Origin: Harriotta raleighana
Lineage: Eukaryota
Assembly: GCA_050575255.1 (NCBI GenBank)
Contig: JBNZDD010013718.1
Location: 8,486,579-8,550,578, forward strand
Direction: 5' to 3'
DNA: 64,000 nt
Shown: positions 11,901 through 26,939 of the stretch, piece by piece
Layout: the number at the start of each line of letters is the position of its first letter
Position numbering within the stretch: the first letter of the stretch is position 1
Position numbers and translations under genes: made by a program
The notes under the pieces: model-generated
Database searches by the model: none
Told to the model about the DNA's origin: nothing
Seen by the model: the letters and a program-made list of their open reading frames with translations, nothing else

Positions 11901-14900
11901 TGTAATTTGTTATTGTTGTAAAGATCAAAGCGATTCATGCTATTTGAAAGGAGGGCTGTTAGTTCTTCTGATATCCCAACTGATAACTCTCACTTAGGTT
12001 AAATCAGCAATGACTTATGTAAATATTATTCATGAAATCTAAAAGACATGAACAACATTTACACTGTCTCATAGTCAGCACTCTCCATGTAAGTTCATGT
12101 CACTGACAGCTGAGGTGTTAAATTCTTTGGAAGTACAATGATTGTTCTGGTAGTTAGACACTCCATCAAATTGCGAACAGCATCATTCTGATTAGACACT
12201 ACGTAATGTGATTAGAGTCAAAATGCCTAAAGCAGATATTCAGAATTTCAAATAACATTCAGGCCTCAGGGGAAAAGCACGCATGACTTTCCTTCCCACA
12301 CAAGATTCTACAGCGGATTTCAGCACTCAAAATCCTGCATTTATGGAACTCCATTCATTAAAACTACAGCTTTCTAACAGCCACACTTTCCTGCTTTGAT
12401 TTTTTCAGATTTTGATCTGTTTTGATTGCTGGCAATGTTGCGAAAGAAAGTACTTCTCCATTCTGAGCTCTAAGTGCAGTATCAAGCACTAACAGGTTGC
12501 CAGTTACAAATTGAAGTATCCACCATTCCACCTACCTTTTAACCTGTAACACCATTCCAGGCACTGGTGGTATTGCAGAGTATGGAATACAAACGTAATG
12601 TTAAACTTTGCATTTGACATGCTGCCTATAATGCTGAAACATCATAAAACACTTCACTGGTATTTCCTAATAAATGTAGTCTTGCAAGTCTCCAGAGAAA
12701 TAAAACGTAGACAGTCCCACAAAAAGTCAAACAAACAAACAACTTATCTGTAGGATTGTTGGCCAGGATGCCTCATACAAAACAATATTCCCCTCAGTAT
12801 TGCACTGGAGTGTCAGTCTGTTTTGAACTCAAGTCCCAATTTAGGGCCTGCACCTATAATCTTCTAAACTTAAATTTTAAGTTATTGTTGAAAAGGTTAC
12901 CAACTGATATATTTGTTGGGTGAGTGTATTTCAAATGTTGTGAATGAATTGTGATCGGTTTATTCATGTTTGACACTTTCAGCGTAAATTCTGTGAGATA
13001 GAGGTTGGGGTTTTGCTCGCTGTGTTAATTAAAGTGCGCTCTACCAAGGTCTATGATCATCCATCAGTGATAGTGGGCCTCAGGGTAACTGCAAACCTAA
13101 TAACAAATCAGTTACCTTCTTGCATTAATAAATCAGCTATCAAGCCATATTTCCCATTTAAAATCAAGATTTGTGAGATTGGAAGTGCGTATTTACTGAG
13201 TTTCAAATCAAATATCGGTGACCTTTAAGAGGATACAATCTTCACCTTCAGCTACACAAATTAATTTGATTTGATTCCAACCTTTCTTGGTTTTCAATAA
13301 AACTACTTTTTCAAGATAAACGTTGAGCCGCTAAAATGAAATTATATTTTTATAGCACCGTATGATATCACGGTATTACAAAGCACTCTGTGATGAAGTG
13401 GGCTGGAATTTCTTACATCAGCAAGATTAACAACCAATATTAATCTGGAGGATGGGGGCCAAGGATAATGGGAGATACACTCTTTTCTTCCAATCGATTT
13501 CATGAACCAGCAGAAGGAGCCTCGTCTGATGTTTCACCTCAATGATGTACCGTTACTTCACTGAAGTGTCAGCATCTACTGTGAGATCAGGTCCAGTTGC
13601 AGAACTTGAACTTTTTGACCCAGACCATAAGTGCTACTGATCAAGATAAGTTGACAGAGTTAGAAGTAAAGTGATACAAGGAAAGAAACAAGATCTCAAT
13701 TATAACAATACAAACCATTGCTCTCTGTGTATTGCTCTCTATGTATTATTATGTATTGTTGGTTGGGAAAGTGGATTGTGTTAATGTAAGAAGAATTCTG
13801 AGCTCTACAAACTCGATATGAAAAGTGGCAGTATTTATTAAAGAGTAGCATTGCCTCCCCAATTGGATTTCATAATACAAACAATATGGCTTTCTTATCT
13901 TGTACTGTGAAGAATCTGAGCGTGATATTTGTGTTCAATGGACAATTTTACAGTCCAAACCATAGAATGCTAAAAGTAGATCCTCTCATTTTTGAAAAGA
14001 GTAAAGCTGAATGAAGAGATAAGTTATGAAAATCTAATCTTAGCTGTAATAGCAAGCTCTACTGTTTCTGCTGAGATATCGGCGTTTCAAACCTTGAATG
14101 AAACACACAATATGGTAAATGTTGATCCCAGTGATGTGGCTTTGATAGGCTTTATGGGATCTTATTAGAAATCCATCAACATATGTGTCATTCTAGTTCA
14201 GTTGCGTAGCACTCTTTCCTCTCAGTCAGCGGGTGTGGGTTCAAGCCTTGAAGGCTGACACACCAGGTGCACAATTAAGATTGTCAGTGATGCTGAAATA
14301 AAAATGTAAGTGCGATGGGAGAATGGACGGCAAGGGTAAGGATGAGAGTTTATCCTTATGGTTTACTGTGGGTCCCACTGGTTATTTGATGGAATTGTAT
14401 AATTCCCAGTATAGTCCATGATATTACTAGCAGTGAGCACATCAGAGCACTCTGCACTGCACATCAGTGCTCACTACTGGCAATATCCAGGCCAGACTTA
14501 ATGCCGAGGTAATGCCTGCCATGCTCTTACTCTGACATCCAGATGCTTAGAACTAATCTGAATCATCCACATGCTTGGGCCCTCTGTAAAATTATGTCAT
14601 TCTGCAGATCAGCTGCATCACTTTGAGTCCTGCTCTGGATCAGACACTCATATAAGCAATTAAAAATGAAACCTGTTTTTTATGACCTGAGATTAGGTTA
14701 TTGTCTCTATCTGTATGGCCAAAAAAAAGTCATTTGCTAATATTTAATAGTATCCTAGAATGCTACGGCACAAAATAAGGTGGGAACTGTACACCAGGTT
14801 GATTCAGCATTTTGAGAATAATGGAAAAGAAAATTGGGACGGAAGAGGGAAATATTTCCTTTTTGAAAGTGATTTTAAATCCAAGAACGTGTGCAGTAAT

Positions 14901-17900
14901 AATAGTAGTAGTAATAGTTATAATAATAATCATAATAATGTTTGAGTATGATCTAACAAGGCATTAGAATCAAAGTAAGATTTGAATACAAAACAGGTGA
15001 AGGAGAGGAAAGGAGGAAAAAAATCACTGTTCTCATGATTCACAGTTTAAGACTGTCATTTCAGAGGTCAAATGTATTGGACTGCGCAGTTAGAGCGCTA
15101 GCAAAACACTGCAGCTGTATTTCTGCAACTCAGAAAGTGACTACTGAGCAATTATCTTTTTGAAAGTTTTTTTTAAACTCTCCTGTCCTTCGTGTATAAG
15201 GTATGAGCTGTCCAGAGGGCTCTAGATTAAATATTGATTAAAATGGGAATTCCTGACGTAGGTTAAATGCAATTATAAGGCAATGCAATTTACTACTAAG
15301 CTAAAAATACTACTAAACTTTCAAATGAAAATCTCTGAATTTGGTCTCTGGTCTTTGATCTGATATTGGAATAAATAGCATGCAAAAAGTCCACTTCATC
15401 CCTATCTTCCCTTTGCTAATGGCAACATTTAATTAATTGGATACTTAAATCATCCCAGGACTATTAAATGTGATTTTTTTGTTGATGAACAATAAACTTT
15501 TTCTGCTCTTTATTTTTCACATGATGATAATTTGCAAAACTATGATCCTCTTCAGTACAGAATTGAGGTAGCAAATGACGCAAGATAAAGTGGTACAGGA
15601 TATTTGAAAGAACAATATAAGATCCTATCCAACATCTGGCTGGCTTGATCCCCAACCTCAGTGAGTGGCTCCAACCACCAGTATGAAATTTTCTATTTCA
15701 CACACAAGCTCTGGCAGCATTTAATCTCTGCATTCACACATGAAAAGCAGCCACTTTGTTGAGGGACTCAGGGTATCCAGTACCTATTGGAACGACAGCA
15801 AAAGTCACTTCATTCAGGAGAGGAGAAGAATGGAGGAGCGAAAAGGGGGATGAATAGTTAACACTATGTTCTATGTTTTCATGAATTGATCTCATTTGAA
15901 AACTGTTCTCCATAAATAAAGCTTTGTGTTGAACAAGCAATTGAAGTTCCAGTTTTACACCGTTTGTTAGTGGAGCCCAATAAAAAGAAATGCTGTGACA
16001 GGATTGTGAAAAATATTCCCCAGTACTGGAATTCGATAGAAAATAAGGCTGTCTGAAGATTGCCATGGAAACATAACATATTCTGCGTCAAAAATGTACT
16101 GTACTAGGTTGGCACCTCTCAGCTCATTGGGAAGCTTTGCTGCCTCATGAACATCCACTTGATTGCTTTGGAGCCGAGATAACAACAACAACAAAATTAC
16201 ATTTGTATAGTGCCTTTCACATTGGGAAAACGTCCCAAGGTGTTGGATAGACAATCCATATTTCGCACCCTAGCTGGGGATAGGGGGAGGGTGGAGACCT
16301 GGAGGGTGAAGGACGTAGAGTGAAAATATGATCAAAAAGGAGAGCCTTAAGGTGGGTCTTGAAGGAAGCAAGGGATGGGGCGAGGTGGGGGGATCTGCGA
16401 TATGGAGGCAATAACAGGCTATGGTCAAGGGGTGTTCAACCAGAGCACTATATATGTCAAAACCTTTGTCACAGTGTCTAGGTACAAATCGATTATGGCA
16501 GGTAACAGGGCAGAATGGGTTTTGTAGTTAGTAATGGTGGGTACCTCCTAGAATCATAGAATTTTACGGCACAAAAGGAGGCCATTTGGCCCATTTAGTC
16601 TCTTCATCTGTGAAGAATAATAATTGAAGGTCAATAGTGATGGTGTGGGGATAGATGAATATTTTGGAGCCTTTGCTTGAAGACCTTTTGCGGTTCAAGG
16701 TGTATCTGTTCAGGGTTTTCCAACTAATGGCTAGAGTTGAGATCCATGATCTGGTGGGATTGCTATGGAAGGAGCTATCTCGATGAATCAAATGCACCTC
16801 TTACACTCTGTTAAATCTTTATGATGCCTGAAGACTCCGTTAATAGAATGTAACTTCCTGTGATATGATAACTTCCATGTGCAATGAACGAGTTAAACCT
16901 CTTGAGAAATCACTTGATGAACAGAGGACTGGAGCCATTTGCAAACCCACGGAGTGTTTAATATTCAATGCACTTCACAAAACACAAAGCTGTTCTTTTG
17001 ATACTCAACATTTGCAGGAACAGCACTTCACAAACTACTAATGTTATACTTTGCAAACGGAGATAGAAATTGTCATCCTGGTGTAATTATAGGAGCTTGT
17101 TGAACGTGTACCATTAGGCTGGCACTAATCTGATACTCAGTACAACATGGCAAGACAATAATCCAAAGAAAGGTGACACTGACAACTGGTTCAACAGCTG
17201 GTGATTAATATATTTTCTCTACATAGTTATAGTTGTGTGCAGTCTGTATATATATCTAGTAACTAAAATTGGTCAGACTGACTAGCTCCTTCCTTGTGTC
17301 ACAATTAATTTCATTGTGCAGTACATCCTGTCTCTAAAGCAGAAGGTCAGAATATGAGATTTTAACATTTTGTTCTCTTTTAGATGCTGATTGACCTATG
17401 ATGTATTTTCTGCAATGTCTTTGGTTTTTATTCTATAGTTAAAAGGTTCTATTGTTGGTGGGGCCATCAGCTCAGTAATGCCAAAGATTTTGGGGAAGTA
17501 ACAATGTATGGAATGATATTTTATCAAATAAAGGAATTCAATTCAAGGTTCATGGTTCAAAGTGCAGGACACCAGGGAAGCTGAAGAAGGGAGAGATCAG
17601 ATGGGTCAAGGTGGCCGGAGACACAAAGCTTGGGTTTAACAGCCTGTATAGAGTGGGATAACCGGCATTTGGTCATCATATGAAATGCCCAATGTATAGA
17701 AACACATAATGTATATAAATTTAACTTCACCAAGTTCAGGTACCAATAGATCCAGTACACCAGAGGGCTGACTTTAAGATGCTCATCCTAATCTTCAAAT
17801 TCCTTCATGCTCTTGACCTTCCCAACTTCATTCATTTATGAAGAAGAATTGGAGAAATTGGTGCTAAATTCTCTGTTGTTTATCCATTGCTGAAGGAGAG

Positions 17901-20289
17901 TCTACCAACTCTTTTAAATGGTAGTCAGATAGATACTTGAAATAGTGGAATATTGAATAGTCAGAGAAGATTGCAGGAGAATGGGACTGGATTAAATGCC
18001 TATGTGTAGGAGAACACAAGTGTAGGCTTGATTGATTAAATGGTCTGCTTTTATGCTGTAACATTCTATGATTTGAGTTGGTTTATAGCGACATATAGCA
18101 GCTGTTATAAGACTTAAAGGGGTTAATTATGCAGGGCTTACCTTGTGCTTGTTTTGTATCATTTCCCACCACGCTCAGTAGATTTGTTCATTGAACAGAG
18201 GTGCATGCTGTGATTCTGAAATGTCACTGGAAATCTTTCCTTTGACTGTGTATGAGGGAAATAAACTTCCCATTGATCTATCTTCAGAGTTAGCATTTAG
18301 ACTAATAACTATTTTATTAGTAACCACCCCCACCCATCTGTTGTGATATTGAAAATACTTCCGAGAGCTATTAAAAACTAAACATATTCAGAATCAGTTG
18401 CCAAGATACAGAGAGAATATAAACTTAAAGAACAGACAAGCATTCTGAAATCTCAAATCTTCCTTGCAAAATAAAGATTATGTATTTCAAAAGATTCTGA
18501 GCATTTCCATTTGTAGTAAAATACATGTCTCACAAAAGAGACTTTTTCCTCTTTTGTTGTAAATTTTGTGTTAAGTCTTTTACTGGTAATGAGAGACCAA
18601 AATTGACCCCTGGCACTTAACATTCTGTTTAAACTTCAAGCTTTGTACGACAACAAGAATAACAACTTTATATAGTGTCTTTCACATGGGGTAGCATCCT
18701 GGAGCGCTTTGGAAAATAAAACGGCATGTCTCTGAAATATCATGTCCAACAATACCAAGGAAAATATTGAAACAATTATTTTACAAGTATCATTAATTCT
18801 TATTGTGTCACCGGTGGGTCACCTTCTACGGGACACAACCTTAATGATAGAACCACCAATAAAATAATATAAATGTCATAAGAATAAAATAAAGACAGCG
18901 ATGGAAACAGAGATAGAAAGCTGGAGGCAAGTGAGGGATTAACTGTCAGATGATGAGCCATTCTTTGTACCCAGTTGAGGAGCATGAGAGAAGGGTTGAA
19001 AGATCCTCTTCAGATGTGGGAGTGGTACTCAAATCCTAAAGTAACTAAAGTAATTAATCACCAACTGTGGGAGTTAATGTAGAGTACCGAGTTTTTAAGT
19101 GGAAATAGGTGCCTTGTGACAAAAAGGAAACTAAGGAACAGCTTTAATAATGGAGGAAATGTAAGAGAGACCAGAGGACAGAGTGCAGCTCAGAATAGCT
19201 GACAAACTGAAAAGCCAGCAGCAAGGCCTTCAGGTGGGACTTGAAGGAGGCAAGAGGGGGTGGTGAGGCAGAGGGATTGTGGGATAGAATTCCAGAGTGT
19301 GGGGGCAGAGATGCTGAATGCCTGACCGCCAATGTTGGAGTGGGAAGTACCTGAAGCAGACTGGTGTCCACCGAGCGAAGGGAGCGGACAGGCTGATAGA
19401 ATGAAGCCTGTCAGGCTGATACAAGGGAAACAAACAGATGGAGCTATTATTTAACATCACATGCCAAGTAGAGCACCCCTGAAAATACACTATGTTCCAA
19501 GTCACTTTTATTTAATTCCATGCTTCTTATATTCTGGAATAATACATATTATGATCAAGCCAATTCTAAATTGGGCATCTCAATATAATGATTCACACCA
19601 ATGAGGCAGAACATTACGTATTTCTTATTGAACATTCAGAAATGTGTTACAATGGATAAAAATCATTTCATCCTCTATAATTGGTGTTGTTTGTTTCCCT
19701 TTTGAACCATTCAAACAAACTGTACCCCAATTGTGTTACGGAACTAGCTTCATCATTTTCCGTCACCCATCACATTACCAATGATCCATGTACACACCAT
19801 ACAGTTCAACTCTGCAATTTGTAGCACCTATTAAAGTAACATTGATTACGTCATTCATATACACTGACTGGATTTCCATAATCCTTGCCGAAATGTTCTC
19901 CCTCAGCAAAAGCTTCTTAACTTAATTCTTTTTATGTATATATTTACATTATTTTTTCCCTGATATAATGTCTGCAGAAACCCTCCAGGGAAGAATTTAT
20001 TCAACTTTTCATTTGCTGAAAGCTTCAAGGCAATGCAAATCAACAGCAGTACTGAGCTTTTGCAGTGCTCCAACTAGACAATCTAAATGTTTCAAAAACA
20101 TGACCTTGTTTCTGTGATAGAGGAAAAGTTTTGAGAAAGTGACCAGACACCATAATGAATTGTGTAGTTGTGTCTCGCTGAAATTTGAGTCTAGGCTCTA
20201 GGCTCTAATATCTATGTTGCCCTGATGGCAATAGGTTCTAAATGGGTTCAAGAAAGAAAACCCAGAATAATACTTCCAGGGGGAGTATT

Positions 20290-21035
20290 AACAACAACAA
20301 CAAAATTAAATTTGTATAGCGCCTTTCACATCGGGAGGACGTCCCAAAGCGCTGAACAGTCAGGTGGGACCCGAGCAGGGAGGGAGGGGTAAAGGGGAGG
20401 GGGAAGGAGAGTGGGAGAGAGGGAAGAGTTAGGGTGTGAGCCGAAGGCGCGGTGAAAGAGAAAGGTCTTGAGACCGGCTTTGAAGGAGGAAAGGGAGGAA
20501 GCAAGGCGGAGGGACTGCGGGATGGAGTTCCAAAGTGTGGGGGGTGGAGAGGCTGAAAGCCCGGCCACCGGTGGTTGGGCGGTTAGGGTGGTGGACGCGG
20601 AGCAGGTTTGAGTCTGCTGAACAGAGGGTGCAGGCAGGCTGATAGGGAGATAGCAGGTCAGAGAGATAGGTGGGGGAAAGGCCGTGAATGGCCTTGAAAA
20701 TGAGGATGAGGATCTTGAATTTGATCCTCTGGGGGATGGGGAGCCAGTGGAGACGGTCGAGGGTGGGTATGATATAGTCACAAAGCTGATGTGGGAGAGT
20801 ACACGAGCTGCAAAATTCTGAATGATCTGCAGCCTGTGAAGGGAGGAGTTGGGAAGGCTGACAAGGAGAGAGTTCCCGTAGTCAAGCCTGGAAGTGATAA
20901 AGGCGTGAATGAGGGTTTCAGCAGCATGGAGGGGTGAGGTAGTGGTGGAGCCTGGCAATATTGCGGAGGCGGTGGAAGGCTATGCCGGTCATGGAGCAGA
21001 TCTGGGGGAGGAAGGATAGTTCGAGGTCGAATAAA
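20290..21035 (-). mobile_element. 5'-truncated L2 (LINE2) element, end of ORF2 plus 3' UTR
   Basis: Translation AAETLIHAFITSRLDYGNSLL...LQIIQNFAARVL and SSFKAGLKTFLF is typical of the L2 ORF2 C-terminus. It is frameshifted and ends in a (TTG)n tail. Confidence 0.9.
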
Positions 21036-24000
21036 GACGAATTAAGGGAGAAGAACAAGAGGTTACATAATTAGGGTTGCAAATTCAAGGTAGACATGAG
21101 AAATATTTGTTTACACAGAGGGTAAGCAATGACAGGAATGTGTTATCAGAAAGGATGATTGAGGCAGGAAGTTGGACTAATTTAAGAAACAGATTCATAC
21201 TATAATGAGGAAAGTTTCTTAAGATGTTAGACTCAGTTAAGAAACAATTTGATACTGAAATGAGGAAAATAGTTTTCTCTTTGACCATTTGGTCACCTCC
21301 TCTCTCTTTCCACCTCAGGGTCAAAACCACACCATTATGTGCTCTGAGATGCTATTCACAAGAAGGCTGCTATATAAATGCAAGTTGTAATAGGAGGGTG
21401 CGGATTATGGAAAAATTAGTCCAAAGGACATTATTCATCTGATTCTCCTCTTGTGAAACAACAGCATCAATCTTCAGCCACTGTGCTCAAACAATCCGAT
21501 TCCCTTGCTTCTTTTCTCACAGACTTTAAATCCCTCTTAAAAATCTCTCTGTTAATTGCTTCTTTCTGTGCAATTCTTTGCAGGGACGTTAGGGAGCTCT
21601 TTACAGGGAGTAAAGTGTTCCCTAATGTCTTTGCAAAGAATTTCAAGAAATTCATTCTATGTGAAAGGCACTGTACAAGTGCAACTTATTATAATTGTTG
21701 TGAATGGATACCGTCCACTTTACAACATGATGTTGCATAAATTGTATTAAATCCAAAAATCAGTTCAATTTTTAACATTGCGCTCAAAGATCTTAAATTA
21801 TTGAGTAACTGAATTAATTATTGGAATTGATGTTAACATTCTGACCCCAATTTTTTATGCCGTTTATTAGTGTAGTCATCAAAAGCACAATGTTGACATC
21901 ATTTACCATACAGTTAAAGTGACATTGAAATTCACAACACAGTGTGTGTCATAAGCCCTCCATCTGCTGCTGTGTGTGCACATTTACCTGAAGTTTAGCA
22001 CATTAAAAAGCATCAGGACAATGCTGTACTTCCTCTCAATATGTAATTCATACAGAAGTTTAACCTTTAAAGACTTTTATTAAACATGACAGAAAAAGAA
22101 TGTCAAAGCATTATCCTTTATGCGGTAATACGGGAATAATCCATCCAATAAGAAAAATTCTCTATGGGTACATAAAGTAGATATTGGGTAGGCTGTATTA
22201 AATTTGATCCAATAATTCATTGTACAATAAGAGATATATTATTTTGCTAAAAATAGCTAAATGCATTTTGCGATTGTCTTGTGTTTTCATAATGTTATTT
22301 TCCATTCCTAGACTTGATGATGTTTTGTCTTAATCACAAGCTATCTGACAAATCACTCTTCACCATACTTATGAGTATCCAAACCAATCTATATGCACAG
22401 TATAACAAAATTTATGTTTGTCAGGGGTGGAATGTGCACTCATTTTGTTCAAGAGGATGGTAGAAGTTGTGAAAAGCCAAGGCTTGATGACTTCAGATTG
22501 TCCATTGGGGTACTGCTGGAATTCACCAGCTAAAATCACACAGATGTTTACAAACATTGACACTCTTTCTTCTGCTCATCAAGTTGGAACCACCCCTTTC
22601 CATTAGGGCTTTGGTTTGCAGGATTAAAAAGAGCCAAGTGGAACAGGATTAAAAAGAACACCACAAAGGATTAAACTGAATTCTGATATTCCATTACTAT
22701 ATATGTTGCCTTGAAGGCAACTCAGCAGATGCCTGACGGCCAACTGGTGATCTTAGAAAGAAATCTGAGTGTGAAATTGTTACGATAATTGGCAGTCCAT
22801 CATTCCAGGAACTGAATACAGAAAATAAATTGCTTTAGAACAGAGTTTCCACAGATTGGATTGACAAACTTCACATTTTCTTATTAAGGAATCCCATTAG
22901 CATTATCATATTTTAGACACCACTGAAATATTTTCTTTAGCCATTTTTAACCAATCCATGACTCGCACAAAGTTTTTAGGAACTGGTGATGATGAATAAA
23001 TTTGCATTATTTTGTCTTTTCAAAAATGCATCATTGTGGGAAGAAATGTATACACCCAGCAATTATTTGGTAGCACTCATAGCAGTTTGTAATTAATTCT
23101 GGTTAAAAATATTTTATTTGCAAAGTGAATGACACCCGTGGAGCTAAAATCAGTGGTTGGGGGTTACACTTAACAATAGGAGTTGAGATATCCCTCCTTC
23201 AGTATGTACTATAAAAAGACACGCTCTTATCACATCTATATTTTACTTTCATTGCGCTTGCCAAACAAATCAAGGAAAGAAAGAAAGGAAGAAAGAAAGA
23301 AAGACTTTTTACTAAAGAAATCAAGCGCATTTTTCAGATTCACATGTTTTCAAAAGTACAGTACGATTAATTTTGTAATATTTCTCAACAGATTTTCAAA
23401 TTAAGAAATAGATGTTTCCGGTATCCGGAAGCAGTTTGTCTCAAGGGAACACCACTGGTATAATAAATTACAGTTCATTGGAGCACCTCCGAGATGACGT
23501 GTCCAGCAATGGAATATCGTAATGGCTTAGTGATGGTTTTGAAAGTCTTGTAATGAGCATGGCAGGCATTCAGTAACCCAAGGGACTGTTGATCAACTAT
23601 CCAGCCTAACTTATTTACAATGCGTGTTTGGGCAGATCAGTCACAGAGGCTGGGATTTTTCATGCTTGGACCTGTTTTCCTGCAAGTCAAAGTCTCAACG
23701 GGGATAACAACAACAACGTGAATTTATATAGCATTCTTTGCATGAGGCAGCATCTCGGAGTACTTAACCCCATTGTACTGCACTTTGGAAAACATGCAAT
23801 TCTTAAAAGTTTATATGTGATTTCAGCAGCAAAACGTCTTTCTTTCTTTGATTTGTTTGAAAAGTGTGACTTAGATTGTTCTAGATGGATAAACAGCAAG
23901 AATATTGCGACAGTTTGCAACAGTAACTTGTATGGGTGTAGCTGGTAAAAACTCCAGTCATCCCTCATTACAGCCTGGGTTCCCCAACCTGTGCCTGAAC

Positions 24001-26844
24001 CTCCAGGATTAGGTAAGTAGGGTTGTGTCTGTCGGAAGAGTGTAGTGCACTCCATACCAGACAAATTAAACCAACATCATTGGAATTCTCAGTATTGTAT
24101 CTTGGTTTGGTGAGTCTTAATAATGGTAAAACCCAGCTAACCGAATAAAGTCTCTTTACGATTCTGCAATATTTTGGAAAATCCTTAAATTTAGCTTTAT
24201 TATGGAAACCTGTTTTCTTTTACGAACAATAGAAAACTGGCTTCTAAATTACACAATTTGGAGAATTCACCAAAATTTTGAACAATGGTAAATGTTAGGA
24301 CAATGGTTGTAAGGCTAAGACCAGAGGAATTTGGAGTATCAAGTCATCTCTGTCTCTCCATTAAAACCTTTTCTTTTTTCTCCCTTGATTCATGCTGTTC
24401 ATGGGCTATAAACCCCTCATCTAGTTCAAAATAAATAACCCTCTTAGCAAAAGGGGTATATTTTTACTGTCACTCCACAACATCTTTTGGTTTCATTTAA
24501 TTTACACTTCTCAAGTGGGTACACCACCATGCTTTACTTCTGCTCAATTTAGGACTTATTTTGATCCTCATATCTTGCTGATATAGGTTTCTGTCAGAAC
24601 CCAACTGTGACTTTATTTGTTGGCAAGATTGAAATTTGATGTGAATATAAAATATGATATTTTAATGGTCCTCAAAGCCTTCATGGTTTACAGATTGAAT
24701 GAAATTAAGATTTCCATCCCGAGAAATGGATTTCAAAAGGATTGTGGCTCAATCTTATTTAACACTAGACAACGTTGCTATGTCTAGCAATATTTGTTCC
24801 ATGCAGCGAATACTTAAATCAGGATGCTCAGAATCTTGATGCTTAACCAAGAGATCAAAAAGACTATAATTACCTACAAGGGATCTAAGCTTGTCTGTAT
24901 CCCAGCAACCAGCCTCGTAGGCTGTTTCACACAAGTTAGATTCTTTGACAAAACATGCAGAATGTTACATTCTCTGTTCCTCGGGTCCATCGGGCCCACA
25001 AATATACAGTCAATTCACTTTACAGTATATTCTGTGAAGCGCTTTGGGATGTTGATAAGATGTGAAAAGCGCTATATCAAATTCAAGGATTATTATTATT
25101 ATTATTATCTAAATCTAAAATCCTTTTCTTCTCTCTTCCCTCAATTGACACCAATTACATTCCTCAGTGTTTCACTATACGAGGTGGGAATCTACTGAAT
25201 AAGTGATGGTTTCATCTTGTGATTTCCTCAACATAATTATTTCCTTAATTCATCAGCAAGCTAAAACAGCCTGGGGATAACAACCAAAGACACGATCAGG
25301 ATTATGCATTCCTTACAATAAAGATATTACTGATATAAAAGCACAGACGTTTTAAGCGCAGAGGGATAATAGAGACCGTTCCGTTGCTCTCTGCAATGCC
25401 AAATCATTCATTTCCTTTATTAATCCCACTTCCCAACTCTCCCATGTTTACCGTTTAGATATTTATCCAGCAGTTATCTTTGAAATGCTTCCATTGATCC
25501 AGCCTCAATAACTACCCATTGCAATCAATTCCAAACACTTACAACCCTCTAAACACACACAAAAATCCCTTCTAATCTCTTCCCTGATTTTTCTTCTAGC
25601 AATTGTAATACTAGGTAAACATTGGAGCACAGTCTGAAGTAATCAATGCACAATCCATAAAAACTAGACGATTACATAAACCGCGAATGAACTGATAAAA
25701 AAACGTTATCTAGGAAACATACTTAACCCTAAACTCATCAATAAGCGTTGTCATATAAGAATAGTCATAGCTCATGTTTGTGTCACACCTATACAACATG
25801 TAAAAACATACATCAAAGTGCTTCACAAAATATTGGATTAGAAATAAAGCATATGTTACATAAACCAAACGTAGTAGCTAATCTGTATCATTGTTTACTC
25901 AATAGCCAGCCACTTCATTTGAGAATGTCCGTGTAAATCTGGATTAGCATCAAATTCAACTAAATTAACTGGGAACTGTGGAAAGGTGGAAAAAAAATCA
26001 GTCCTAAACTGAGAATTACTTGCAAAATATCAAATGGAGTGCCTTGTGATAAATTTTCAGTGCTCACTCACTCAGTTGCCCATTTCTCTGTAGATTCTGT
26101 TCTTTCTCACAGTAAATAATCGCACCAGAACAACAACATATCGCGTGTGTCTGGTACCTTTTGAACCAGGAGTCATCCCAAGGCACTGGACAATCAGGAG
26201 TTTGGACCTGAGCTGGGGTATTGGGTCAGGTGGGGTGGAGTGGAGGTTGAGTGGGGGGAATAAGGTTAGTGTTGTGACCAAAAACGTGGTCGAAGAGGAC
26301 AGAAGCCTCAGGTCAGAAGCCTTGAGTAAAGACCAGAATATAATCGCTAACCAGAAGAAAGGAAACATTCAGTACTTGTCTTGATGTGTGTGTGTGTGTG
26401 TGTGTATTTGTGTTCATCTGCTTTGAAAACTTACTTTGGGTTATTGGTCAAAAATATTTGCTTAGAAAAAACGAAATGAACATTTTAGGTATTAACCTTA
26501 TAATGAAAATGCAACAGTACCAAGCTGAACTTGCCAGAATGGCATTTGATGCAAATCAAGTCTTTATGTCACAGTTTTTCTTAATATATGTATATAATAG
26601 CAGAGGTAGCAGCACGCCATCTATCAAGTCCCATTATTAGTAATGCAGATGACGAACCTCGCCTCCAGCTACTGAGCTGAGAGGTTTCATTATTTGTTCA
26701 ATGGGAAAAGAGGCATTCTTGATGCACATTTCATTTCAAAGGAAAACTAACCGCCCACGCTCTGCAAACCAGTCCACACACATGCCACATGGGAGGAGCA
26801 AATCGATAGTGATACACCAGGCGCATGGTGATATACTGTATATA

Positions 26845-26851
26845 TATAAAA
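26845..26851 (+). promoter_or_regulatory. TATA box of the CART gene
   Basis: TATAAAA about 100 nt upstream of the ATG at 26949. Confidence 0.7.
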
Positions 26852-26939
26852 GCTGGTGGATCGTCGGTATCCGTGAGTTCTTGGTGAGGAGTCGTCCCTG
26901 CCTTTCCTTGTACAGTACATTGAAAGTGATCTCTGCATC

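Noticed and set aside
20326-20958. 210-aa ORF
   Set aside because: Frameshifted L2 ORF2 remnant, not a host gene.
1-26800. Numerous 60-125 aa ORFs in the upstream region
   Set aside because: No recognisable homology or exon chains; many overlap SINE or LINE remnants.
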